Origin: Podarcis filfolensis
Taxonomy: Eukaryota
Length of the DNA stretch: 64,000 nt
Assembly: GCA_964270895.1 (NCBI GenBank)
Contig: OZ185446.1
Reading direction: 5' to 3' (one strand)
The position numbers were made by a program, and so were the translations under genes. Shown piece after piece: positions 1-12,396 of the stretch. The notes under the pieces were generated by a model. The model searched no databases, was not told where the DNA came from, and saw only the letters and a program-made list of their open reading frames with translations. The stretch's first letter is position 1, and each line of letters begins with the position of its first letter.

Positions 1-115
1 CCAAGGTTGCAGGTTCAATCCCCCCACAGGACAGATGCATATTCCTGCTTTGCAGGGGGTTGGACTAGATGATCCTCAGGGTCCCTTCCAAATCTACTGT
101 TCTATAATTCTATGA
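1..115 (+). mobile_element. tRNA-derived SINE with CR1-type 3' tail (5' end cut by the window edge)
   Basis: B-box-like ggttcaatccc followed by ttggactagatgatcctcagggtcccttccaa...ttctatga, the CR1 3' terminus. Same family as 43648-43799. Confidence 0.8.
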
Positions 116-297
116 AACTTATGTAAGCCAACAATGATGAATTCACGTGTTCTCTTGCTGTCCACTGGCTCTTCTACTGTTGTCGTTTTCATTGGGCGCT
201 TGGTCTCACATGGCCATTTAGAGGGAAGAAGCTGCAGGCCTTGGCAAACTGCACTGAGAAACTGGAGCTTTTAACTGTTCTTTCAAATAATTTATGG

Positions 298-357
298 TTT
301 TGATAACCATTAATCACATTCCCATGTTTTTGATAACCATTAATCATATTCCCATGG
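298..357. repeat. 30-bp tandem duplication
   Basis: tttgataaccattaatcacattcccatgtt then tttgataaccattaatcatattcccatggt. Confidence 0.9.
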
Positions 358-2004
358 TTTTATGGCCATAAAACGCTGATGAAAAGACAGTCTCCAGTTG
401 TATCTTCATACCAAAGTCTAATAATCGTTCATAAATTTCCCACTAATTTCTAGGAAAACATAATTTGTATGCATACTCTGTTAAATTCAGTGCCAGTCAT
501 GCTTGGAGTAGATACACTGAAATTAATGGACATGACTACTCTGAGTAGAACTTAGTTGGACATAGCCCACTGTAATCCTGTACAGAAAAATAAGCATGAA
601 TATTAAATATGTGTTGCATAGGACTTCAGCCTTGGCTGGAAAATTTGCTAGCAATAAACTATGCTGCACGGGATACAAAGCTTTCTCCTGTTCTTGTCCC
701 CCCCCCCATTGAGAGTGGGGAGGAGAGACTTTTTCAATGATCCAGTAACTTATAAAGGGAACAGATTGCACCAGCTCATGTTCTTAGTCACGCTGAAGTC
801 ATGTAGTCATGCAAACGGCACAAAGAGATTCTTATTGCACATTAACTTGTTGCACTTTATCTTCTAACCTCAGTTAAATTTCTTGAGGATTTGCAGATAC
901 GTTATATTAAGTTACCAACCAGACTAGATTGAAATGAAAGACAAGTCTATCTGCTTCTTGACAGGTGGCATGCTTAACCGTTCTGTTTTATAGCCCTCTC
1001 ATTTAAAAGGATCAAAACAAGTTTGTGAGGCTGAAACTTGGTACTCTGTTATCCTGATGATGAAGTAATCTATTTGTAGTTGCCATAAAACCAATTAATC
1101 TGTGATGAAGCAAAATAAAGCATTCTGGCATTTGTGCAGAGCAAGCTCAGGAATGAGTTCCAGAATCAAAAGGACAAAAGCAACCGAGCTTGAATATATT
1201 CCATTTGTTCCATTAGAAATTAGTATTTCAAATATTTTTAAAAGTCCAGATTACAGTTGCACATGTTGACTTTTATGCATCTACCAATTAATGCATGCCT
1301 TGCATTGCTCTATTATTGCTCTCCTGAAAACCAACATTTTTCAATTTTGGGTAGAGCACTTCCCGGCAGGAATCTACTGACTAGTTTTTTCCAAGGTGAA
1401 GTCCATCCCCACCTCCATTTCACCAGCTTGGTAAGGTCAAAGCATGCCACAAAGCAAGGCATGGGACTCATCATGATGCCCTAATGTTCAATAGGGAATA
1501 AAATGTTGGACCTTAGATTTACTTTGTCTGTTTCCCCAGCATTTAGAATAGTTAGCGAGATGTCAACTATAAACATCATAGAACATGTAGTATTTATATT
1601 TAGAAACAGACGGTAGATGTTCAGTGTTCCTGACTGTTCTTCTGTTTGAAATATGGCTCTAGTCAGGGATTTCCTTTATTAATATCTTACATCGTGCATT
1701 TGATGACGTGGGCTGTAGTCCATGAAAGCCTACACCAATTTAGGTGTCACAGGACTCTTGCTGTTATTAATACTTTAAAGACAGACATACAACAGGGTTT
1801 ACATAGTAGAGTCCACAAGACTACAGGCTGGAGACCATATGCTTAAAAGCTTTCTTGAAAAACAATAAAAATAAACTCATATTGTAAGAATATTCTTCAC
1901 AACTGTGAGCAGGGCAGTGGAGTGGGGTGTGTGAAGATAAGCTACAACAATTAACTATAACATTCTTCACTCCTGCTCCTGTTCAGGCTGCACAGAAAAA
2001 AGCA

Positions 2005-2438
2005 TGTAATGGCTTTAGGGGTTGCTTGTGCGTAAGTTGCCACCGCTCTGGGCTAGGTTGGCTGGTTAAACCATTTCTCGCTGGACAGCCATCCACTCCG
2101 TGGCTGTTCAGTCGCTGGCAGAATCCGTCAGTGGGCGTTTCTTAAACCTCTTCCAGCAAAGAAGTTATTTGACGCCAAGTCGCCGCCTACTTTCCCTGCG
2201 CGGAAGTCTTCTGCGCAGGGTGGGTGTGGGCAGCGGAGGACCTGTGCTCTCCTCGCTGGTCTCCTGCGAAGAGTCCTGGAGCCCCCTCTCTGCTCTCCCC
2301 ATCGGCCCCCCTCTATCCCTGGTGTTGCGCTGATTTTCTTCCCCAGCCGGAGACCTGCCTCTCTCCCTGCTTGGCCCCTCTCCAGCATCGCTGTGGAGCC
2401 TCGCCTCCTCCACTAGTTCCGATGGCAGTTTCCTGACA
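2005..2438 (-). mobile_element. Solo LTR (Gypsy-like), CpG-rich
   Basis: TG...CA termini (tgtcaggaaa...gccattaca on the minus strand); 5-bp flanks aagca/tagca (4/5 match); GC/CpG-rich relative to the flanks. Confidence 0.65.
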
Positions 2439-2495
2439 TAGCATGTTGGTTTCTGAAATTCATTCTGATTGTGCAGATAAAATATAACTGATACT

Positions 2496-2700
2496 GGGAG
2501 CCAGCATGGTGTAGTGGTTAAGAGTGGTGGACTTGTAACCTGGTGAACTGGGTTCACTTCCCTGCTCCTCCACATGCAGCTGCTGGGTGACCTTAGGCTA
2601 GTTACACTTCTCTGAAGTCTCTGAGCCTCACTCACCTCACTGAGTGTTTGTTGTGGGGGAGGAAGGGAAAGGAGATTGTTAGCCACTTTGAGACTCCTTA
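2496..2700 (+). mobile_element. Squam3-like tRNA-derived SINE
   Basis: gggagccagcatggtgtagtggttaagagtggtggac head with A/B-box-like motifs; body ...gggaaaggagattgttagccactttgagactcctt. Confidence 0.8.
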
Positions 2701-2842
2701 AGCATGCACCCATGATCCAATGATCCTGGTGCCCAGGCATCTTTACTTGGTCACAAGTGGTTGATAGCCAGGTGCAAAATGCGCCTTGCGCCTGGCTAAT
2801 TTCGAACACTGATGGGAGCTGAGCTTGGGTCAAGCTCAAAAG

Positions 2843-3045
2843 CAGTGGTGCTGAAATAGCTTTGGGGTCCTAACAGGGTAGTGGATACAGACCAGCGGGA
2901 GGGTGTGCTGTTGCTGCCCTCACACAAAATAGTGTCCTGCCCTTAGTTTTGGAGAGGAGGCGACGTTGGGAGAGAAGGTGCTTAACACCCTCCCATTCAA
3001 CAGTAGGCAGAGTTGCCAGGATCAAGGGCAGCATTTTCAGCACTG
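2843..3045. mobile_element. Old hAT-like MITE
   Basis: Imperfect TIRs cagtggtgctgaaa / tttcagcactg; TSD not clear. Confidence 0.4.
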
Positions 3046-3836
3046 TGTCGAAGGTTCCCTAAAGTGTGGTGCCAACCCTGACCTTAAGACATAAATAGTC
3101 CCGAGAAAAAAAGAATGATTTTGCAGAGGCTTCTAAGCAATAGGACAGGTACCTGCAAGTTCCCACCACTTATTTCACTTCCATCTTTGTTGCTGCCTAA
3201 TGTACTACAAGTCTCAATTTTTCTTTCCCCGTTTGTGTGAAAAGTAAAAGGAATGAAAGATTATGCACAATAAAAACCCATTAAAGTGCAATGTATAAAT
3301 TATAATGCAGTGTTCAAACTTTGGTCTCATCACAGAAGTTATTTATTGGTGCAGAGTTCCAGAAGCTCAGAGTAACCAAAGCCTATTATACACATTTCAT
3401 GTATACATCCATAATGACATAGATGTTCTGTTCTCTAGAATACAATAACCATACATTTGGGTATCTAACAGAATCATCAGTTTTAGTTCCCATGGGTAGT
3501 GTTTGGCTTAAAAGTACTGTTGGTTTTGAGTTATGGGTCTCCTCCCCTCCTCCTCTTCTCCTTTTTCTTGTTGTTAAAACAATTATCTGCAGGCATTTCC
3601 AGATTATTTCTTACTCTGTTTTGTGCAGCTCTCCAGGGCAATTGGTGTATGATGTATCGCAGAACAAAAATAGTTTAAAATTCAACCCCAGGGCTTGATC
3701 TCCGTTGCTTATTGGAGGAGCACCGTTTAGCAGCTTTGCCTAGTTTATTTTCATAACATTTCCACATGTAGGTCAACTCAGGATGATATAATGATTTGAA
3801 AGAAATGAATACTTTACAGATGACTATGATGACAAT

Positions 3837-3905
<69 letters not shown>
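3837..3905. repeat. Compound (GT)n(GA)n microsatellite
   Basis: Directly visible. Confidence 0.98.
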
Positions 3906-3907
<2 letters not shown>

Positions 3908-4402
3908 AGAGAGTGAGAGAATGTGTGTTTGTGCTGGGAGATGTTCTGAAAAGGTTATTATTTATTATTTTTATATTTCCCCATGAATATATTACACCTG
4001 GTCTTGTGTTTAATCCCCTCCCCCAACAAATGGCCACTCGCAAAAGTTGTGGGACCTATGAGCAAGTTTAGCCTAGCAAAATGAAGCATATATGACAAAC
4101 CTGTGTTCCCGTCTCATTGTTGCTATTGTGTGGTCTTTAGTAAATCGTTTACATCTCAGCCACAGCTGTTCAGCTGTAACATTAAGGTGAAAGATGACGC
4201 TCTGGTTATTTGAATTCTAGTAAGTCCTGGTCCACATTAAATCTTCCCATTTCCTGTGTGGTTCCACTTTCCTTTTTTGTTTGTCATCCCTTCTTACCTC
4301 CTTCCCCCTTTATACCACTGGTATTTCCTACTTCTCTCCAGGCTTCATTGAGAAAACTACTAGATGCTGAACTCTTCCTGCTGATAGAACTTGCCATAAA
4401 AC

Positions 4403-4492
4403 CATAGAACTGCAGAGTTGGAAGGGACCCTCAGTATCATCTAGTCCAACCCCCTGAATTAGCAGGAATATGCAGCTGTCCCATACAGGCAT
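4403..4492 (-). mobile_element. 3' part of the CR1-tailed tRNA SINE
   Basis: Reverse complement of the 1-115 and 43648-43799 tail (gttggaagggaccctcagtatcatctagtccaaccccctg). Confidence 0.8.
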
Positions 4493-4515
4493 TGATCTGC
4501 AATGCCATTGAATAT

Positions 4516-4985
4516 GTTGTTGTTGTTGGCATCTGTCTGTCTCAAGAGACAATGGAGTGCCCCCTCCGGGGGTGAAGTCAAATTGTTGCATTAACAGCAC
4601 CAAAGTGACCTCCCTGGGGTGCAAGCTTGAGCAGACTGCATGGAGGTCCTGGGTTACCCGGACAACAAGATTCCACTCTCGGCGTCACTGTTGAGTTCCA
4701 TAGGAAAGCAGAGCAATACATTTGGTACCAGCTTGGATGCAGGAGTTGGCAAAGGGGGCAGACAAGGCGTCATCCAGCCGTCTTGTATAGGGTTTACTCC
4801 TTAGCCTTTTCTTCTCCTGAAGATGTCCTGCAAAGCAGCTGATGTTTAGGATCAGAGTTTTCCTTCTCCTAGTTGGGCTGCCTTCCCAAGCCCCATCTGC
4901 CCCTCACTTCCCTCTAGAGTACATGCAGAAACAATCTTCTTAACAGTTAGACCCACTATTGGTCTTGTCCTCTCAATCTGCTAGA
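4516..4985 (-). mobile_element. Probable RTE-clade non-autonomous retroposon fragment
   Basis: (GTT)n end and the motif ttccttctcctagttgggctgccttccc, which I recall from lizard RTE-type repeats; assignment from memory only. Confidence 0.4.
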
Positions 4986-6240
4986 GCTTCTACTTTACCT
5001 GGAAGGAAACCCACATGATACTTGCATGTTTCTGTCTGTGGAACAAAAACAATTTGTTCCTAAGCACTCTTCATACCAGTACAAATTTGACACACAGTTG
5101 GTATTCTTCAGAAATAACATTCAGTGGTGATGACACAGTGTATTTGGAAGCTGTCCTTTAGGTAGTGAATTTGACTGGACAAATAAATTCACTTTGCTGG
5201 GAACTGGATTGTAGCCAGACCCCCTCCTTCCCACACCGGTAATAATTGAGCATACGACAGAGTTTTGCATGGTTTTAGTTTGTTTCACTCTGTTTCCAAA
5301 TGAATTATTTTTCTGTCCATTACAATAACTCTAGCCTGCGTATGGTGGAGCCGGAATATTAATCAGAAATCAAGTGTGAGGTTTCTCTAGAGGTTGGAAA
5401 CAGCTGTTTCCACTTAATAGCTAGCTGCACAGTCAGTTGTGCTACTACCTGCGTGCACAAATATCACATTTCACAATGCATTAAAGCCCCCTTTTGTAAA
5501 TCACTTGACCTTGTGATAGATCAAAATACATTTTAATCCATCCAGTGTGGTGATATTACATTGGCCTAGCATGAATATGTAAACGACATTCATTTGGAAG
5601 AGTGCTAGTGGATTTTAAACCCCATTATCCCAGTTCTACCAGGTAGTTATGATTGCCAGTTTCCGCCATGGTCACTTGCATTAGAAGGTAAAAATACCCC
5701 TTTGCAGGTGTTGTTTCTCCCCTCCCTGTTTACTCAAATAGCACTCTGATATGATGAGCTTGAAAAATTCCTATACAGCTATTAGAGGTACAGTTGACCT
5801 GTCCTCTGTTGCATCTGCTTAAGGTAGCCCAAATTAGTTCACATTAAAACAATTTGCCACAACATTTAAATTCTGCTTATGCCATTTTATTTGCAGTTGT
5901 ATCATAATTCCCACTAAAAGGGAACTTAAATTATTGGAGGCATATCACTTTGGAAGAGAAACCAGGCGTACAAAAATAAGGGAGTGCTTTTTTGCATATT
6001 TGAAAAAGTCTGTAAATGGAAAAGAAAAAAGGCATTTTAATAATTCTCACATGTGGACCAACATGCCCTGTGAGTTCCTAGAGGGCTTTGAGATAAGAAA
6101 ATTTAATGTGTTGTGTTGTCTGGATAAAGACCCACACTGAATGCCAAAGAGATAAGCTGCTTTATGTGCTGCTGGCTACCTTTTGCACTGATGGAAGCTG
6201 ACTATTCATGGATTTCATTTGGTCCACGTTTTGAATACCT

Positions 6241-6505
6241 TGGTTGGAATATTTAAGAAGAGGCTGTATGCCATCTGTCAGAGATGCTGTAATTGTATTT
6301 TCCTAGAGCAGGAGCTTGGTCTACATCAGGCATGGCCAAACTTGGCCCTCCAGCTGTTTTGGGACTACAACTCCCATCATCCCTAGCTAACAAGACTAGT
6401 GGTCAGGGGTGATGGGAATTGTAGTCCCAAAACAGCTGGAGGGCCAAGTTTGGCCATGCCTGGTCTACATAATCTTTAAGATCCCTTCCAATTTTATGAT
6501 TCTAT
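6241..6505 (+). mobile_element. CR1 LINE 3' fragment interrupted by a hAT MITE
   Basis: aagaggctgtatgccatctgtcagagatgct...cttggtctacat[MITE]aatctttaagatcccttccaattttatgattcta matches the CR1 3' end. Confidence 0.7.
6327..6462. mobile_element. Palindromic hAT (Charlie-like) MITE
   Basis: Near-perfect inverted arms of about 58 bp (caggcatggccaaac...gtttggccatgcctg); perfect 8-bp TSD gtctacat at 6319-6326 and 6463-6470. Confidence 0.92.
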
Positions 6506-7791
6506 ATGTGTGTTTCTATTGCACATATATGATTCTGTATGTGTATCTCTATGTAATATTTTTACTTTTCTTTGAAAATAACGTGTGCATGTGTAATCAT
6601 GTTGCTACGTATATAAATCAGGAAGTATTTCATTGTGCTTGAATAAAGTATTGCAGTTTAACACAAAGCTCACATATCAACACAAAACTTTATTTAGTAT
6701 CCAAATTATAACCTAGTGTCAAAATGGATGTTTTAGACATCCTAGCATGCACACCTTATTTTAAAAAAGCACCCCAGGCTTTATTAAATCAACATTTTTT
6801 ATTTTATTTTACCATGAGGTCTTATAACGCTTTGAAGCATAAAGAATTCATGCAAGTCATAAAAATAGCATGGCAGCAATAAACACGGGCAATTCTTTTA
6901 TACCTGCCATTTTCTAAGCCTTCATGTTTGATGTTTTAAACATATTTTTCAATATACTTTGCCCAGAAGCCTGTCTTCCTACCAAAACCAAAGTTACCAT
7001 TTGCACTGGTGGCAATCCTAAATTGGTCCAGGCTTTCTGCACATTAGTGGCTTAAAACAGTTAGGTCACCCCCCCCCATTCCCCAACCCTGTGCTCCAAT
7101 TTCAAGTCATATTTGCACTTGTATACACCAGAGAGGGGGTAAAGTGTCTTCACCCAATGCAAATTAACTGCTTTGATTCCCCACTACTGAACTCCTATTC
7201 AAGGATGTTGTTTATCTGTGCATGCGCTGTCAGTTGTGCATGCTCGATGGCTGTCTGAATGGCGCCCTATCTCAGCTTAACCATAGCCTGTGTTTTCAAA
7301 CTGGATCGAAGCTGGGGTGCCCCTGCAGCCCCTGAACTCCGAGCGTCCTCCGGTATGCGCAGATCTGGAAAAGGCATTTCCCTTTTCCTCCAGTGCGCTT
7401 CAGCAACATATATCAAATGATATATGTACACTAATCTTCTAGCATAACACAGCAAGAAGCGTGAGACATCGTAGAGCTAATCTACGTATTTATTTACACA
7501 CTATGTACAGACACAGGAATCATGGTCTCTCTCTCTCTCTCTCCAGCTCTGAGAGAAGAACAGGCAGAAGTAAAAGCAAAAGTACAATACAAATAGTACA
7601 TAGAGTGGAAGAGATAAGACTGTTTTCCATTCCCACACTCTTCCCAGACAGCCATGTGATTTACACCAATCTCATGTTCAGCATTGGAGGCGTGAAATAC
7701 TAACAGGGAAATGTATCAAATGGGAGCATTTCTAAAGAAACTACAATATGCATATGGATTGAGGCTAAAACCATGTGGCTATGGATAGAGG

Positions 7792-7927
7792 CAGTGCTGT
7801 TTTTCTTGAAAAAGAGGTGCAGGAACTCACCACGAACACCTCCCTCGTTCTATTAGAATGGCAAAGGTGGCCACCTGAGAGGTGCCGGAACTGAGTTCCT
7901 GTGAGTCCGCCTGGGGAAAAAGCCCCG
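7792..7927. mobile_element. hAT MITE
   Basis: TIRs cagtgctgtttttc / gaaaaaagccccg; 8-bp TSD gatagagg/aatagagg (7/8). Confidence 0.75.
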
Positions 7928-8170
7928 AATAGAGGGTTAAGTTGTACTTAAGACAATGGGACTTAAAAATGGCTAAGTTTGGATGGATCCGATTCTATGT
8001 TCTTTACAAGTGGGGTCACAAAGCCTGTTGTTGGGTTTCTAAGTGTTCATTTCACCATATCAAACTAATATGTAGCTAAGGGACATGTGTGAAAGCATCA
8101 GGGTTTTCATATGTGTATTCTGCATGTACAAACAGGTGCTGTGGAGAAAATTTCCACTGTTGATCCAGTT

Positions 8171-8512
8171 AGGTAAAGGTAAAGGGACCCCTGACCATTA
8201 GGTCCAGTCGTGACCAACTCTGGGGTTGCGGCGCTCATTTCGCTTTATTGGCTGAGGGAGCCGACGTACAGCTTCCGGGTCATGTGGTCAGCATGACTAA
8301 GCCGCTTCTGGCGAACCAGAGCAGTGCACGGAAACACTGTTTACCTTCCCACTGGATTGGTACCTATTTATCTACTTGCACTTTGACGTGCTTTTGAACT
8401 GCTAGGTTGGCAGGAGCAGGGACCGAGCAACGGGAGCTCACCCCGTCGCGGGGATTCGATAGCGAACCTTCTGATTGGCAAGTCCTAGGCTCTGTGGTTT
8501 AACCTACAGCGC
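8171..8512 (-). mobile_element. Sauria SINE
   Basis: (ggtaaa)n tail, gggacccctgaccattaggtccagtcg..., and tRNA-like head at the right end; homologous to three other full copies in the window. Confidence 0.92.
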
Positions 8513-8541
8513 TTATAGCCGAATCAGAAAACTATCCAATA

Positions 8542-8709
8542 CAGTAGACCATCCAGATACGAATTAAATTAGTTCCAGGAGTCTGTTCGCAACCTGAAAA
8601 GTCCATAGGCAGAGGTGCCGCTTCTGCGTGTGGCACGCGGCATGCTTCTGCCGTATTTGTAACCCAAAAGTCACATATCCAGAGCAGTACGTAACTAGAG
8701 GGTCCACTG
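8542..8709. mobile_element. Tc1/mariner-type MITE
   Basis: TA-cagtagacc...gggtccactg-TA termini. Confidence 0.7.
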
Positions 8710-10454
8710 TACAATGATAAGTTGTTTGGAACGAAGAGTGGAGATTGGTTCCCCCCTCTCCCCCCCTTTCTTTTTCTCAGCTGAACAGATGATAGATATG
8801 ATTGCTGGTTTTCTGATAGCGGTCCTATCTGCTACATTCACACACAGTTGGTTCAGAGTCAGTTTCTCTAGAAATGCAAGTATGTGCACCAGACTTAAAT
8901 AGAAAAAAGTCTCAAAAACCATATGGTACCACTCCAAATACCAAGATTTTTGAGGTTCCTGTTGAATTAATTCGTACAGTTGGAAGTCTGTAAGCATTCA
9001 GTCATCACATTTTTAAAAACATAATTTATAAAATATGCTGATGTTGTCATATTTTGGTAGTATTTGGTAGGCTCTGTTTTCAAATTCAAGAAAACATGAT
9101 GTAATTTATTTTTGTTCCTGCAACAGTTTTTTGTCATATGCATGGAATAATGAGCCCCCCCCCCAGACAACTCTGTAATTAGTTAATGGCTGTAACTCTG
9201 TGTCTAGGCTGCTCTGTTAGTCACGTGGTATATTACCTCAAGACAGTTCATGGTATATACACTTTTAAGTTTTTCATAGGAATGCTTTTACCATTACATC
9301 ACAATTCCACTTTTATTAAACTTCTCATATTAAATTAAGTTTCCTAACTAATGAAAACTCTTTATTGAATTGGTTTTACATACTCTCTCTCTCTCTTTTT
9401 GGACTTTCTGTCCCTTATATTTCATAACAGGATTGCAAGTGCATAAAATTAGCGTAGAAACCTAATGCTCCCTTTGTTGAGATTCCTTTATTCTATCAAC
9501 TTCATTTAGCAGGCAAGATTAAAAGGTCTACTCTCATTAAAATGAGCAGTGCCTTTGAAAATGTTACATTTGGTAAATATTTGGTGACCAAATACTTTAA
9601 AAAATGACTTGGTATCAAAATGGAATCTAATTACCATTGAACAGTGAACTAATAACAGTGTAATAAAGGTAAACCTCCATCTCTTGTTTTTATTGTTGCT
9701 GTACTGCCAATCACATGCTTTTACCGTACTTCAAGATTAGCTAGGAATTATATTCTTTTTTTAAAAAAAAAATGCTGTTGGTTTTAACTGTTTGCTATTC
9801 AGTTTTCACTGATAAATGTTGCGGCTAAGAGGCATTTTCTACAATTAAGAACATTCCTTATCATTATGAGCATCAAACTCTGTTCTTCAAAGTATCTCCC
9901 CCCCCCTTTTAATTTCTGAAGAAGTTTTGAACTTTGAGCTATTACAATATAAATGAAAATTCACGATCCTGTCCAAAGAAGATAGTAGTAGTGATTTTTT
10001 AAATAGTTCCCCACCCTCCACAAGCAATGTAGATCTCTCATATTGAGGTGACAGTTTTATACACAATTACACACTGGGACTTACTTCTGAGTAGAAATAT
10101 TGTTTGGGCTTGTAGTGTGCACCACATATAGGAATGTGCAAAACCTGCCACTTAATTTTTGTAGAGTGGTCTGCCTTTCCTCCCTATTTCATCATAGAAA
10201 GTGTGAGTATTGTCTCAGATAACGGTTGTTTTTCTGAACAAATCCTGCACATGCATAATTGTGCTCTTGCCTCCTCTTTGCCCTATGTAGAAAAAAGCAG
10301 TTATACAAACTGACACAGATTACAGTGGCAAGTGGTACACATGGGCGGTACATTCTGCACATGCGAATACGTGTGCAATATTGCTGATTGTCCATAGTTT
10401 CCATTCCATTTTGCTGCCTTGCCTTATGGGGGTCTTCATTAGCAACTGAACTTA

Positions 10455-10714
10455 CAATATTTTACACTCTATAAGACGCACCAGACCATAAGACGAACCT
10501 AGTTTTTGGAGGAGGAAAACAAGAAAAAAAATATTCTGAATATCAGAAGCCAGAACAACAAGAGGGATCGCTGCGCAGCGAAAGCAGCGATCCCTCTTGC
10601 TGTTCTGGCTTCTGGGATAGCTGCGCAGCCTGCATTCGCTCCATAAGACGCACACACATTTCCTCTTACTTTTTAGGAGGGGAAAAGTGAGTCTTACAGA
10701 GCAAAAAAATACAG
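10455..10714 (+). mobile_element. Tc1/mariner (Tigger/pogo-like) MITE family B, one internal hairpin
   Basis: TA TSD; ends related to ccgtatttt...ataagacgcac; homologous to 14380, 36332 and 53329. Confidence 0.88.
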
Positions 10715-12023
10715 TATATGTTTTTGTAGCAAGATTTATTTAAAAACCCATTGAAGGGCAACACGGATGGCAATGGTGGGTGGAGCTAGTACATTTGTAC
10801 ATGCTCTTCCTTATAGTACACAGTGTTTAGAATGCCCCCCCCCCAGCATCTATTCTAAAAAAAGAAAACTCTGCAATAGTGGCAATGGGTAAGGAACGTA
10901 GTTTTGAATATAATTACCCAGCCTTGGGGCAGAATTCCAATATGAACAACTTCACTCTGGCAAAAACGTCCATGGGATTTGTAGTGTTGGTACTATAATC
11001 TTATGTCTCCACACCTTGATTGAACTGCCTGGAGCAAAACACGCTGTAATACTATTTGAGTTCTACATTAACAAGAAGGAAGTAAAACCACTAATTGGGG
11101 ACTCTATTCTGCAAAGGCCCTTGATGCTTTGAGGCCCAGCGTAGCAGAGTGCTCAAACACATAATTAGGTTCTCAAGATGGTTTTACGGAGACATTCAAA
11201 ATACCAATTATATATATTTAAAAAACAGCAGCAAGAAAATCTATCTAAAACAAGTATCAACACAACAACTAAATACAATTTAAGACCAGCATAAAACCAT
11301 CAGCTGTCAGGGCATATTTTTTGTGTATATTTCTCTTTCTCTCGTGTGTGTGTGTTTCCTCATCCAAACATACAGGATTCTGAACACACCACATTTTAAT
11401 AGCGAAGCAATCAAGAGATTTTTTTTTTTTAAGCCCGTTAATGACAGTGCCGGCAGCTTGAACACCCTTATAGTACATTGATGTGGATCTGGTTTCCTCC
11501 AGAGCTAAGCACTTTAATCAAGGCTTTGCTTTTGATGTGCAGTCACTACATTAATTGATTAATGCATTAGTTTGATTAACCCTGCTGATTCACACTGATT
11601 CATCTATTAATATTCTCAATCCAAGTAACTCGTCACTTCCAAATGCAAAATCATCTTATTTGTGCATGTTGCTGGCTACAGCTATGGTGGGCTCCTTTTT
11701 AATTTCTGAATAGTTGTTATACTTCTTGAGTAGTTGTTATATTTCTAATAGCTGCACAAACAGCAGAAGCTGAGCAGGTTGAAGTTTCTCATCACTTCAT
11801 CTTCATGCCGAGGAAATATTCATCCCTTGAATTTCTGCACGCTATGCATCTGTAAAATAAGCATCAAAATGAAAAGCAGCATGATTTGTACAATATACAG
11901 TACCACCCTCCCCTAGCTTCTGAATATTTTCTTTTCTTTCTAGCTTACTTCTTGAGGAACAGAGCATTGAACCTGCCCTCATGTTATGAGACGTAGAATG
12001 AACATAACTCTATCAATAATAAC

Positions 12024-12055
12024 GGTGGTGGTGGTGGTGGTGGTGATGATGATGT
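12024..12055. repeat. (GGT)n(GAT)n microsatellite
   Basis: Directly visible. Confidence 0.9.
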
Positions 12056-12170
12056 AGATGCACATGCACATGCACACCCACTCATCCACACACCTAATCA
12101 TGTACACAAGTGGGACCCTGTAATAACATCATCAAGTGCTTCTGCTCAGGGTTACAATCATTCCAAACTA

Positions 12171-12396
12171 CAGTGGTACCTCGGGTTACATACGCTTCAG
12201 GTTACAGACTCCGCTAACCCAGAAATAGTACCTCAGGTTAAGAACTTTGCTTCAGGATGAGAACAGAAATCGTGCTCCGGTGGCGCAGTGGCAGCAGGAG
12301 GCCCCATTAGCTAAAGTGGTGCTTCAGGTTAAGAACAGTTTCAGGTTAAGAACGGACCTCTGGAACGAATTAAGTTCTTAACCCGAGCTACCACTG
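12171..12396 (+). mobile_element. Tc1/mariner (Tigger-like) MITE family A
   Basis: TA-cagtggtacctcgggtt...aacccgag(c)taccactg-TA; six near-identical full copies in the window. Confidence 0.93.

Noticed and set aside
2040-2440. CpG island or host promoter
   Set aside because: The GC/CpG richness is confined to the solo LTR.
2165-2839. Longest ORF (224 aa) as a host gene
   Set aside because: It runs across a hAT fragment, a Squam3 SINE and a solo LTR; only the LTR part is of interest, and it is reported above.
11700-11870. Minus-strand exon after ttattttacag
   Set aside because: All three frames hit stops within about 60 nt.
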